A stretch of 64,000 nucleotides of DNA from Tubiluchus corallicola. Taxonomy: Eukaryota; Animalia; Priapulida. Both the position numbers and the translations under genes were made by a program. Positions 55,701 to 64,000 of this stretch are shown one piece after another. The DNA lies in NCBI GenBank assembly GCA_030141605.1, contig JAQGDQ010000055.1, positions 620,001 to 684,000 on the forward strand, in the 5' to 3' direction. Each line of letters starts with the position of its first letter. The first letter of the stretch is position 1. A model generated the notes under the pieces. It was not told where the DNA came from. It made no database searches and saw only the letters and a program-made list of their open reading frames with translations.

Positions 55701-58700
55701 CCATCCTCTGCGAATCAGCATTGGCTTTAGACGCTGCAATTCTTGCCATGATATACCCAAAAAACACTTGGCCTCCGATAATCAGTGGTATAGTCCAAGA
55801 CACTTCGTTGTTGTTTTGCGGCGTAATGTCACCATAGCCCACACCTAAGGCCGTGGAGCTGGCCATATAAAGACTAGTTATATACTGCTGAATACCGTCA
55901 CGAGTTACATTAGACGTAATGTTTAAAGCACTCAACCATGTATTCTCACCGCATTCAGTGGTAGACGCATGGTGTTCGCACTGGGAAAAAAAGATTTCAG
56001 CTTTGGGAGTGCAAGCCAAGTTCATTAAGATACACACACATATATTGAGCATCAGCAAAGAAAAGAACAAAAACTTCACCATCCTGAAAAATAATGCAGA
56101 TCTAAATGCCAACAGTAAATATTATTTTGCCTATAAATACTAAGAGTTTACGCGTATGGCATGGCTTTATATTTATATATCAAGTTATATATAATAAATA
56201 TTATTAGAAACGTCATTTATGAGCTATGGAAATTTGTGTGCCAATAACTTGAATATTATCTCACTGATTAGTCACTCAAGTTGTGAAAGTTAAAATCATA
56301 ACTTAAAGCAAAGTATTTAGCTTAATAATGGTTACTAAGCTAAATAAAAAATACATTGTGCTAGAATAAAATACATTAACATCTTCCCCTTATGATGCTA
56401 TACACAATAATGATATATGCATGTAACAGTTTCATTGGAAAATCATTGGGAGTGATAGAAAAGGATACTTGAAAACTTAACTAGCTCATGTAACCAAGGA
56501 GGAACAGCTTGATAAAAACACCCTTTCATATAGCTGCTGTGGTGTCTTAATTATTTTCCTTATAATAATTTTCGACCGAGAAATAACCTAATCTGTTCAG
56601 AGTCTTTAAAATGCTGAAGGAAGTAGCGGAAGAAATGGGGGAAAAGTTGCAACTTGTTAATAAGGTTTTCTATCTATATTATAACAATTTAAACCCTTAA
56701 CATCAACATATTGAGGGAACTTTGCCTGTTTTATAATATCTCTTAAAGGAAGATTGGATGATTTTGCATATAATACCATTTTGTGGGTATTGCACATGTT
56801 TGCAAAAATGAAAATTGAAGTACAGTGATGTTGTAAGATAGTCAATGTGTTGTACTAAATTTGGTAAGTTTTAAGATAAATTTACGCTAATTTACTGCTG
56901 CACTCACGTCTGAGCTGTCGAACATGTGCAGTGCATCACAAACTAACACATCTGAACTAAAAGAAACAGCAACTGTTTTTTATACAATGCTTTCTGAAAT
57001 GCAGTCGCTAGTACCCGTCTAACTAGTGAATAGCGAAATGCATGTAACAGTGAAGAACTAGTGGCGCAAATGCAAAATTGCGTGTGTGACAGAAATTCTT
57101 TCACATAAGGCATTCTTCAAAAAACAGTACGTTTCCTTTCAATATTTGTACGAGTAGATTGTTTTGACCAAGTTTAACATTGGGTCCAGCTTTGCTTTAA
57201 TGAGTAATACATAGTAAAATACCAAACAACATGCATCTGTGTATTATTGATAAAATTATAATAGTTTCCCTGATTTGTTTATTGTTCACTTTTAGTGCAA
57301 CTTAAGTATAAATCAGTTACACAAAGCATGACACTTACCTTGCAAGAGCCATGTTAAACGTAACACTAGTCTCCAAATAGTTGAAAGCAAGTACAACATG
57401 GTAAAGATGTAACATGCGATTAAGCCGTAATATTGACAACATATGCAACGAGCAGTAATTCAAATACGGATGGACAACAAAGGTGGTCATTTCGATGGGA
57501 AAGATGGATATTAAATCAACAATAAAATTGGTTTCGACGTATCTCTTTGCCGTTGCCAGCGGATGTTTGATAAGAACATTATCTTCATTATAGTAACACA
57601 TGTGTGCTTTTATATACCTAAAAATAAATAAGAAGCCATTTCATAAACATCTACCACAATAGCGATGCATTTTCTAGAAAATTTGTACATTTAGCTAAGC
57701 TATGCTAGTTTTGAAAAAACTGCATGAACACATAGTGCTGCAGGCTTTTTTACAATCATTTATTTACTGAATTTCACGTTTTTAATACAGTTCAACGCTT
57801 TGCAAGCCATGATCCAATGAAGCAGTTAACAACAGCACCAATTTAATATAAATAGGTGTGGAGGAACCTGAATTTGTTGAAGCCGCATTCATGGGTAGTT
57901 TTGATCTTGTAAACGTAACATGGCTTATATGATCTCAAACTTGCACACCTATTTTTGGATACATATTATGAATATTGTATGTTATCAAAGCCTTTGGCTA
58001 AACTAACCATTGGAAATGTCTAGATACTGTGTCTTAGAGAACACAGAACATTGCAGAAACTTACTTACAGACTAGTTTTCATAGATAATTATGCTAATTT
58101 TAATATTGTCTGTTTGTGGCACTGTTGTTAATGTTGCTTATGTATGTAAATGTTGTTAAATGTATATGTTAGCATTGCAATTAACTGTTTCTCTTTTTTA
58201 TAGCAGTTGAAACCATAGGTAAGTATGTTGTTCTGCCACAGTGTAAGTATGGTATATATATATAAATATGTTTCTCTTTTTACTCATGCATTTTTGGTTT
58301 TGGTTACTAAAGAAAAGGTAATTTAGGAACCTCGGAATTCAGCGCTTCTTCCCCTTTAAAGTACAAATTTTTCTTTCAAATTTCCGCCATTTCTTTACAG
58401 CAACCTATCTAATTCCCTCATCCATTAAGAAGCTGCTATTAAACACATTCAGTCATGCAAGAAGCACAATAGGAAACATCTTTAATGCAAAAAACTCACA
58501 TGTCAGCGTACGAAATTATGTCCATTAGGTAGCAAAGGAACCAAAAGAACAAGTTATCATACAATGCTGAAGAATGTACCGGAGCAACTAAACATTCTAT
58601 CATGGCAACTGCTACACGAATGATCTCCCATCTGACAATAAATCCACCATTAGGTATTATTGTCTTTCTGCAAAAAAGCAGTGTCAGTATATTGTTTTAG

Positions 58701-61093
58701 AAAATGCTAATTAAGCACGTAATTATACTACTAGAAAAGGCAAAATAGTTTTTTTATTGTCTATTCGCAATTAAGTGTTTCAGTTTAGTATAACTGTTTT
58801 TGCAAAAACAGACATTAGTAAGTAAAAAATAAATGTCTTAACCTCATGAAACATTTCTTTAAACAGGCAAAACGTGAATTCTCAAAGTGTAGATCATAGT
58901 CACTCAAGTGATCAAATGACACAAATGATGAAACATAGGCAAGCCCAGTGATAACTTCATGTGCCTTAAACAAAAAAAATAATCAAAAAAATTATGTTTG
59001 ATGATTTAAATTTTACAACAGAGATTTATTTAACATATAACATGAGGTTTATTCACATATAACCTCAAGGTTTCAATTGGTCAACTTTTAAAATAAGACA
59101 CATGACAGTACTTAGATAAACTCTTAAAGTATAACATTTGCAATAAAATCAAGCCATCATTTACTGAGATCAAAATACTGGTGTTCTGAGTTCTATGGTC
59201 CATAAACAATTTAATACGTTAACTCATTTTCTTGAAACAAATAACTGATCAACAACTGATTAGCGATTTTTCACTAACCAAGTAAAGGCAGACTTTCATA
59301 AACTTATCATAAATCATTTTTATCAGGCAAGATCAATCAGTTTTTGCCTACTTTTGTAAAAAAAGTATCAAAATAACAATTCAGTTAGGTAACAAGGATC
59401 AGGCAGAAGACATGGGTCACAGCTAAAACAAACAAAATTTGCATAAACACATAAATGGCTGCAAAATAATGATATAACCTCTTCAAAGCTATAAAAAAGT
59501 GCATAGGTTAAGGGCATTCACAAGTTTAGTGAGCAAAATATTTGCATTTACAAATAAAAGAAAAATTAACTCACAGATACACCCTGCTCAGATTCTTCGT
59601 CAAATAATTTCTTCTTCAATTTTCTAATAATGTCTCTTTGTCGACAGGCACGCCGGAACTGAGCTTTCACTAATGGAAATTCTTTGCAAAGTTTTTCAAA
59701 TTTGGCACGCTGTATCACAAATGATTCTACTGTAGACTTGGCACGAACAGTCATATGATAATGAGAATAATCAAGTAGAGCTAATTCTCCAAAAGCTTGA
59801 CCAGGGCCAATTTCTGCAATGACATTTTTCATGTCATCCAGAAACTGAAATTAAAAAAGAAAAAAATTAAAATCAAAGCAAATTAAAGTCAATAAAACAT
59901 GTTTCCAAAAGGTGTAAAAAAATTGGCAATCTGAAGGTAATTTGTTCTTAAAAATAGTCAATTAATATTATTTGTTGATAATGATGTTTCTTCAACTAAA
60001 TAATTTCTAATTATAGGTAATCTGTACTATACGAACAGAAAATATTAACTAGAAAAGCTCAGGCAATAGAAATTGGTTTATTTACACAAAATTTCGTTTG
60101 CATAATTGCACAGTTTACAACCTTACTTGAGAAATGCCATGAGGCAGAAAGCTGAGACAAATATAATAATTTTAATGCTTTTTTAACTATTATGTTTAGG
60201 GATAAATCGTACATTATCTACATTAAGAAACTAATTCAAGAACACAAAAATGACAGAAATGCAGAATTGGCAAAAATTGAAGTTCAGTGAGCTTGAAGGT
60301 ATAGCTCTAATATAAGTTCATCTGTAAAGTTTTAAAAATATAAGTGTGAGAACATTTTTGTATACACCTTTAAAGTAATCACTACTGTAAATTTGTTTTT
60401 TCAATATAATATTAGAATATTCTGTTTAATGAGTAGTTGCAGAATGCTCTAGTACATATTGAAAGGTTGATGGTGGTTATTTGGTGACAGCTAGTAGTTA
60501 TATGGAACTGCAACATGTGAAATCTACTCGAGGAGTAATCATCTGGGCTAAAGTTTACAATTCCCCACCCACCAGAAATTAGTTCGTGAACAGATTAAAG
60601 TCAGGGTTGGGGTTAGGGATAGGGTTAAGTTTGGTATTAGGGTTAGGATTAGGGTTAAGGTTAGTGCATTTACATTGTGTGTGGAATTGTAAACTTCTTC
60701 CATCATCTGTTAGTACCTCACAAATTCCTCGGCGGATACAATACATTTCCTCCTTCAAGTCACCAGCATAGACTAACATTTGTCCACTGCAGTAAGTATA
60801 CTTATCTGCCTGTTGAAACAGATGCTTGAAAAATGTCTTGTCTATTTCCTTGAAGAATGGCAACTATCAAAAACACAAAAACCACAAACAATAAACATTA
60901 ATTTAAGCAAGAAGATATAATGATATAATTGGCTGCAAGTAGGATATAAATGCAGTAGATTTTGCACTTTGCGTGATGACAAAACATACTCACTTGCAAG
61001 AATGGCAGAGCGTCTGAAGTTGCAATATCCTGCTGAACATCAACTGGCAGTCCTGAGTAAATACGTTTATCCGTTCCTGGCATTTCCTCACCT
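40480..61093 (-). CDS. CNGK: Gene B: paralogous CNGK-like multi-repeat channel, 5'-partial (C-linker II to end of repeat IV)
   Basis: 21 GT-AG exons splice into about 1186 codons with no internal stop. They are colinear with gene A exons 8196-38768 and have the same phases. Filters are LGVGYGD and TATGYGD. Confidence 0.9.
40880..41633. mobile_element. Tigger/pogo-like MITE
   Basis: TA|CAGTTGAACCTCGTTATA ... TAATAACGATGTTTGACTG|TA; related fragment at about 35865-36052. Confidence 0.72.
41772..41912 (-). CDS. CNGK: Gene B exon, CNBD IV first half
   Basis: FFRMLS...GDAGTEMYF, 141 nt. Confidence 0.9.
41936..43478. repeat. 1.5 kb minisatellite with 44-53 bp units
   Basis: agagaagctattcttgttgctagagatgtaaaggtagtttgttatgctaac, about 30 copies in long and short variants. 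Confidence 0.95.
43643..43816 (-). CDS. CNGK: Gene B exon, repeat IV C-linker
   Basis: DPKTVLCQLPSCLW, 174 nt. Confidence 0.9.
44495..45085. mobile_element. MITE-like element
   Basis: Inverted ends CGTCCATAAGTCGGCA ... TGCCGACTTATGGACG. Confidence 0.7.
45343..45470 (-). CDS. CNGK: Gene B exon, repeat IV S6
   Basis: GKLMFGFILGNISSTL, 128 nt. Confidence 0.9.
46007..46123 (-). CDS. CNGK: Gene B exon, repeat IV pore (CLYWSVATMTATGYGD)
   Basis: GYGD filter, 117 nt. Confidence 0.92.
47278..47417 (-). CDS. CNGK: Gene B exon, repeat IV S5
   Basis: HSFACLWF, 140 nt. Confidence 0.9.
47460..47720. repeat. About 260 bp foldback (imperfect palindrome)
   Basis: gaatcatggatgt..aataaatagatatttt.cagccca..gcagcaccttgaaa mirrored by tttcaaggtgttgt..tgggctg..tctatttatt..acatccatgattc. 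Confidence 0.8.
48446..48702 (-). CDS. CNGK: Gene B exon, repeat IV S2-S4
   Basis: RTAFRGDKGELV...RLFHLIRFPRL. Confidence 0.9.
48758..49211. repeat. 24 bp minisatellite (ttttaatgtgtttgaaaactatta), about 19 copies
   Basis: seen directly. Confidence 0.95.
49711..49782 (-). CDS. CNGK: Gene B exon, repeat IV S2
   Basis: ACFQVH...YLCE, 72 nt. Confidence 0.88.
50003..50169 (-). CDS. CNGK: Gene B exon, repeat IV pre-S1/S1
   Basis: NFHQP...VLDPEF. Confidence 0.88.
50721..50760 (-). CDS. CNGK: Gene B microexon (YHNNSILVGIPNR)
   Basis: 40 nt, ttccAG/GTAAGT, phase 0 to 1. Confidence 0.82.
51048..51213 (-). CDS. CNGK: Gene B exon, CNBD III end
   Basis: ADTNCYLFVLHKD...FPEV. Confidence 0.88.
52141..52274 (-). 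CDS. CNGK: Gene B exon, CNBD III phosphate-binding cassette (YFGERALLRNVPRNATI)
   Basis: 134 nt, canonical Arg retained. Confidence 0.92.
52330..53010 (-). mobile_element. Degraded LINE (CR1/L2-type) 3' end
   Basis: Minus strand IQLWNSL...SLSIFKSKLKQYL, then a UTR ending aataaagattatattactactgctactac. Confidence 0.55.
53677..53793 (-). CDS. CNGK: Gene B exon, CNBD III start
   Basis: VPEFKDMDVSFKKLLAK, 117 nt. Confidence 0.9.
54137..54298 (-). CDS. CNGK: Gene B exon, repeat III C-linker
   Basis: RAVGHLEYVW...LPPSLLG, 162 nt. Confidence 0.9.
54633..55314. mobile_element. Non-autonomous piggyBac-like element
   Basis: TTAA|CTCCTTCAGGACCA ... TGGTTCTGGAGGAG|TTAA (imperfect TIR, TTAA TSD). Confidence 0.72.
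55660..56083 (-). CDS. CNGK: Gene B exon, repeat III S5-pore-S6 (SLYMASSTALGVGYGD)
   Basis: GYGD filter, 424 nt. Confidence 0.92.
57339..57617 (-). CDS. CNGK: Gene B exon, repeat III S2-S4
   Basis: HPLATAKRY...RLNRMLH, 279 nt. Confidence 0.9.
58500..58667 (-). CDS. CNGK: Gene B exon, repeat III S1-S2
   Basis: TIIPNGGFIVRWEIIR...YLMD, 168 nt. Confidence 0.9.
58843..58964 (-). CDS. CNGK: Gene B exon, repeat II-III linker
   Basis: AHEVITG...SDYDLHF...FMR, in phase. Confidence 0.8.
59575..59844 (-). CDS. CNGK: Gene B exon, CNBD II second half
   Basis: GPGQAFGELALL, 270 nt. Confidence 0.9.
60546..60700. mobile_element. Short inverted-repeat element with expanded TTAGGG-like core, copy 2
   Basis: AAGTTTACAATTCCCCAC ... 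GTGTGGAATTGTAAACTT around about 10 degenerate TTAGGG units; shares gaaattagttcgtgaa with 31622-31725. Confidence 0.65.
60717..60863 (-). CDS. CNGK: Gene B exon, CNBD II first half
   Basis: LPFF...GDLKEEMYCIRRG, 147 nt. Confidence 0.9.
60994..61093 (-). CDS. CNGK: Gene B exon, repeat II C-linker
   Basis: GEEMPG...GLPVDVQQDIA, 100 nt. Confidence 0.88.
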
Positions 61094-61550
61094 CTAGCAA
61101 AAACCAACAACTGCATTTGACATGTTCACGTTAGCAAAGCATGGATTGTATACAATGTAACTTGCAATCGATGCAGTTGATAATCATTGTAAATTCTCAT
61201 TTTTGTTGTAACTAGAGGACAGCCAGCCACCCTCACAAAAACTGCTATGGGAGAGACAGGTAAAAATTTATTTTTACATTTTTAATCCTATGACATAGTG
61301 TTTTGAAATTTTCTAACAGAGATTGAAACACCTAATCAGACATCTCAATGCCAAGTTTGGTCATTATTGCTTCATTTTCTAAATGCCATGCCCATGCAAC
61401 AATTAATGTCAGGAATTCGGGGGGGGGGGGGGGGAATCATTGAGGGGAAGTAAAGACCAGAGGCCATCCCTGATGAAACAAATACACCCACAGTCCAAAC
61501 AAATGTATCGATCTTACTATCTATCTATATATAGATAGATATATACAGAT

Positions 61551-64000
61551 CAAGGACTACTATACACAGGACGTGCACGCTCAGATCTCTGATTCCGCCA
61601 GCGGAGGCGATCAATACTTGTATGAACGTAATCTATAAATAGTGCGCTTTAGAGAGTAGTGATCTTGGAAATTAAAGAATGGGCGGATCGTAGCGAGTAT
61701 TATTTTTCATTTAATTGGTTCTTTACATTACGGGAGAAAAGTACCAATTGTTTATTTTATGTATCAAAGGAAATTAGTGTTCATTTTTACTTCTTAAATA
61801 GCGCACTACTTTAGGCGTGTGTTTTACCGGAAGTAGTGCTTTGTCATTGTTAATGTGTCATTGTTCAAAGTCAAGTGAAGCGTTGTTTTCGTGTTTCTTT
61901 GTGGATTATTTTCAAAATTTCTCGTGGATTTTATACATCTGTGCTCAGCAGCATGCCTAAGAAGTGTGGTGTTGTTAAATGCAAAGGTAACTATGACACG
62001 GAGAACAAGTGTCGTGTGTTCAGACTGCCAAGAGATCATGTAGAAAAACAGAAATGGCTAAGTGTTCTTCCCCCACGCGAAGGCTTTGTTGTTGATCCAA
62101 CGAAATTTTTCATTTGCGAAAAGCATTGGCCATCGGATACTCAAATGGTCAAAATTCCAGGTGGTCACATCAGGCCAGTGGATCCACCCAGTATTTTCAA
62201 CGTTCCAACATCATGCTTGCCCACTCCAAAGCCACCACCTCGCCCTCCAAAAACTGAGGACCAGCAGCTGAATTATTTCTTTAAAAAGGATAAAATAACT
62301 TCTCTCAATGAATTCACTCCTGAGAAAGACCTGCATAAGACGTATCAGAACCTCATTATATCTCGCACACAAGACAAATTTGTGTGCATGTTCATGGAAG
62401 AGGACCACAGTCAATGTTATATGTCAATTATTGTTCACAATAAGCCTACCTTGTGTTCCCCTCTTACTCTGTATGCTTTCAAAAACGGGACCAGTGTGCC
62501 ATTAAGTAAAATCCTCAGTCCATACAATGGGCTGTCCTCTTACTCACAATTTTTTGCGGTTGTGAATTCTGTTGTCAACCACATTCATCATGTTGATGAT
62601 ATTGTCAACAAAGTGACAAAGTCTCTTGAACTTGAACTAGCTCAAAATCGAGAACAATCTCCTAGTGTTAACGCTAAAGCCAAGAAGCTCAAATTTCTAA
62701 CACGACAGCTTCGACTACTATGTGATAAGACTTTCACAGTGTCTGATTATTGCTTTGCAATAGAGTCATTTCCCCATTGCAATTACGAACAACTGCGTGA
62801 CTTTTTAGTGTTACCCAGCAAAAGAAAGCTGCAGTCAGTTATTTCATCGACAGATATTGACAAGGTGCTAGGTAAAACATTTCAGAAAGTGAAAAGCTCT
62901 GAGCAGAAACACTGTATGCTATTGGTGGATGAAGTGAAAATACGCCCAACAGTGGCTTTTTCAGGGGGTGTGCTAAATGGCATGGCAAAAAATGAGCCAG
63001 ACAGTAAAGCTACATCAATGCTATGTGTGATGGCTAAATGTCTACATGGTGGCCCCAGCGTGATGATATCAGTGACCCCCATTCACAAGTTGACTGCTGC
63101 ATATCAATTCTCTGTCGTGAAGGAGGCTGCTACAGTGGTTGAGAATTCGGGAGGAACTGTTTTAGGGTCCATGACGGACAACCACAAGATCAACCAACAA
63201 TACAGCAAATTGTTTACCAGACGAACAGACTGGGAGGCTGAACATCCCCTGGAAAATACACGAGTGTGGTTCCTGTTGTATGATACCGTCCACATTCTGA
63301 AAAGTATCAGGAACAACTGGATCACGGAGAAATGTCAGAGATTATCGTTTGACAAGAAAACTGTTGGCTCATTTGCTGAAGTAAAAAGTCTTTACAAAGC
63401 TGAGAAAGACAATGTGCTGAAGTCAACACCTTTGACATATTCTGCAGTCTTCCCATCGAAACTTCAGCTCCAGAATGTGCAACATGTCCTGAGGGTGTTC
63501 AACGATCGTGTCGTTGTATCGCTGAGACTTCGAGGAGCCCAGGATACTGCAGAATTCATTCAGCAAGTGCTACGCTGGTGGAATGTGGTAAATGTTTCTG
63601 CCAGAGGTCAAGTCACGAGGATGAGAGACCCTGATCGATCTGTTCAACAAGATACATCTGATACTCTTCAGTCGTTGTTGACTCTGTTTAAGCAAACCGA
63701 ATCAGGACACGGACCAAATAGAATTGAATGCCTGACACATGATACGCAAAAAGCTTTGATTCAGACCACGGAGGGACTCCTCGCTATCTGTAGGCACTTG
63801 TTTTCTGTTGGATTTCACTACGTATTATTGAGTGAACTTCAGAGTGACAGAATAGAGGGTGAGTTATCAGTTTACAGGCAGGCAAGGGGGGCCAATGCAT
63901 TCATGCAAGCTGGAGATGTCTGTTCAACATTCAAGCGGAGACTGGCGCGTTTTTCTGCATCATTCCTGGAGTTTGTGGACACAGACACATCATCCAAAAT
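61551..64000 (+). mobile_element. P-element-like DNA transposon, left part, in an intron of gene B
   Basis: GC content rises from CAAGGACTACTATAC at 61551 (CA start typical of P-superfamily TIRs), followed by the transposase ORF; right TIR is outside the window. Confidence 0.75.
61953..64000 (+). CDS. THAP-domain P-element-superfamily transposase, 3'-partial
   Basis: ATG at 61953, read by hand with no stop through the catalytic region near the window end. THAP C2CH motif: MPKKCGVVKC...FRLP...W...ICEKHW...P. Catalytic-type motifs: LLVDEVKI, TDNHKIN, YDTVHILKSIRNNW, QSDRIE. Confidence 0.88.
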   Translation, partial: MPKKCGVVKCKGNYDTENKCRVFRLPRDHVEKQKWLSVLPPREGFVVDPTKFFICEKHWPSDTQMVKIPGGHIRPVDPPSIFNVPTSCLPTPKPPPRPPKTEDQQLNYFFKKDKITSLNEFTPEKDLHKTYQNLIISRTQDKFVCMFMEEDHSQCYMSIIVHNKPTLCSPLTLYAFKNGTSVPLSKILSPYNGLSSYSQFFAVVNSVVNHIHHVDDIVNKVTKSLELELAQNREQSPSVNAKAKKLKFLTRQLRLLCDKTFTVSDYCFAIESFPHCNYEQLRDFLVLPSKRKLQSVISSTDIDKVLGKTFQKVKSSEQKHCMLLVDEVKIRPTVAFSGGVLNGMAKNEPDSKATSMLCVMAKCLHGGPSVMISVTPIHKLTAAYQFSVVKEAATVVENSGGTVLGSMTDNHKINQQYSKLFTRRTDWEAEHPLENTRVWFLLYDTVHILKSIRNNWITEKCQRLSFDKKTVGSFAEVKSLYKAEKDNVLKSTPLTYSAVFPSKLQLQNVQHVLRVFNDRVVVSLRLRGAQDTAEFIQQVLRWWNVVNVSARGQVTRMRDPDRSVQQDTSDTLQSLLTLFKQTESGHGPNRIECLTHDTQKALIQTTEGLLAICRHLFSVGFHYVLLSELQSDRIEGELSVYRQARGANAFMQAGDVCSTFKRRLARFSASFLEFVDTDTSSK

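Noticed and set aside
60600-60665. Interstitial telomere or chromosome-fusion scar, or NPNPNP protein extension
   Set aside because: The run is short, degenerate and in one orientation, is enclosed by the arms of a dispersed repeat, and lies past the splice donor at 60716
40480-61093. Gene B as an assembly artefact or uncollapsed haplotype of gene A
   Set aside because: The proteins differ at many positions and the introns and repeat content are unrelated, so it is an old paralog
61824-63325. Several short ORFs in the track
   Set aside because: They are alternative-frame or antisense shadows of the long transposase ORF that starts at 61953

Overview
AT-rich, intron-rich eukaryotic DNA, most likely from an invertebrate animal. 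It holds two convergent (tail-to-tail) paralogous genes for four-repeat, GYGD-filter, cyclic-nucleotide-binding-domain K+ channels of the CNGK/tetraKCNG type. Gene A (+) enters at the left edge and gives about 1,600 spliced codons covering three 6TM+C-linker+CNBD repeats (inferred II-IV), with its stop at 38768. Gene B (-) gives about 1,190 codons from the C-linker of repeat II to a stop at 40480; its 5' part lies beyond the right edge. All 21 shared exons have the same intron phases and 15 have identical lengths. Gene B has lost the hydroxyl residue at the KcsA-T75-equivalent filter position in both visible pores. In both genes only the repeat-III CNBD looks canonical. An apparently intact THAP/P-element transposase ORF (61953 to >64000, absent from the ORF track) lies in an intron of gene B. 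The other introns carry pogo/Tigger, piggyBac-like and Kolobok-like non-autonomous elements, CR1/L2 and RTE LINE fragments, foldbacks and several minisatellites next to splice sites. All exon boundaries were read by hand from GT-AG sites and frame continuity; no database search was run.
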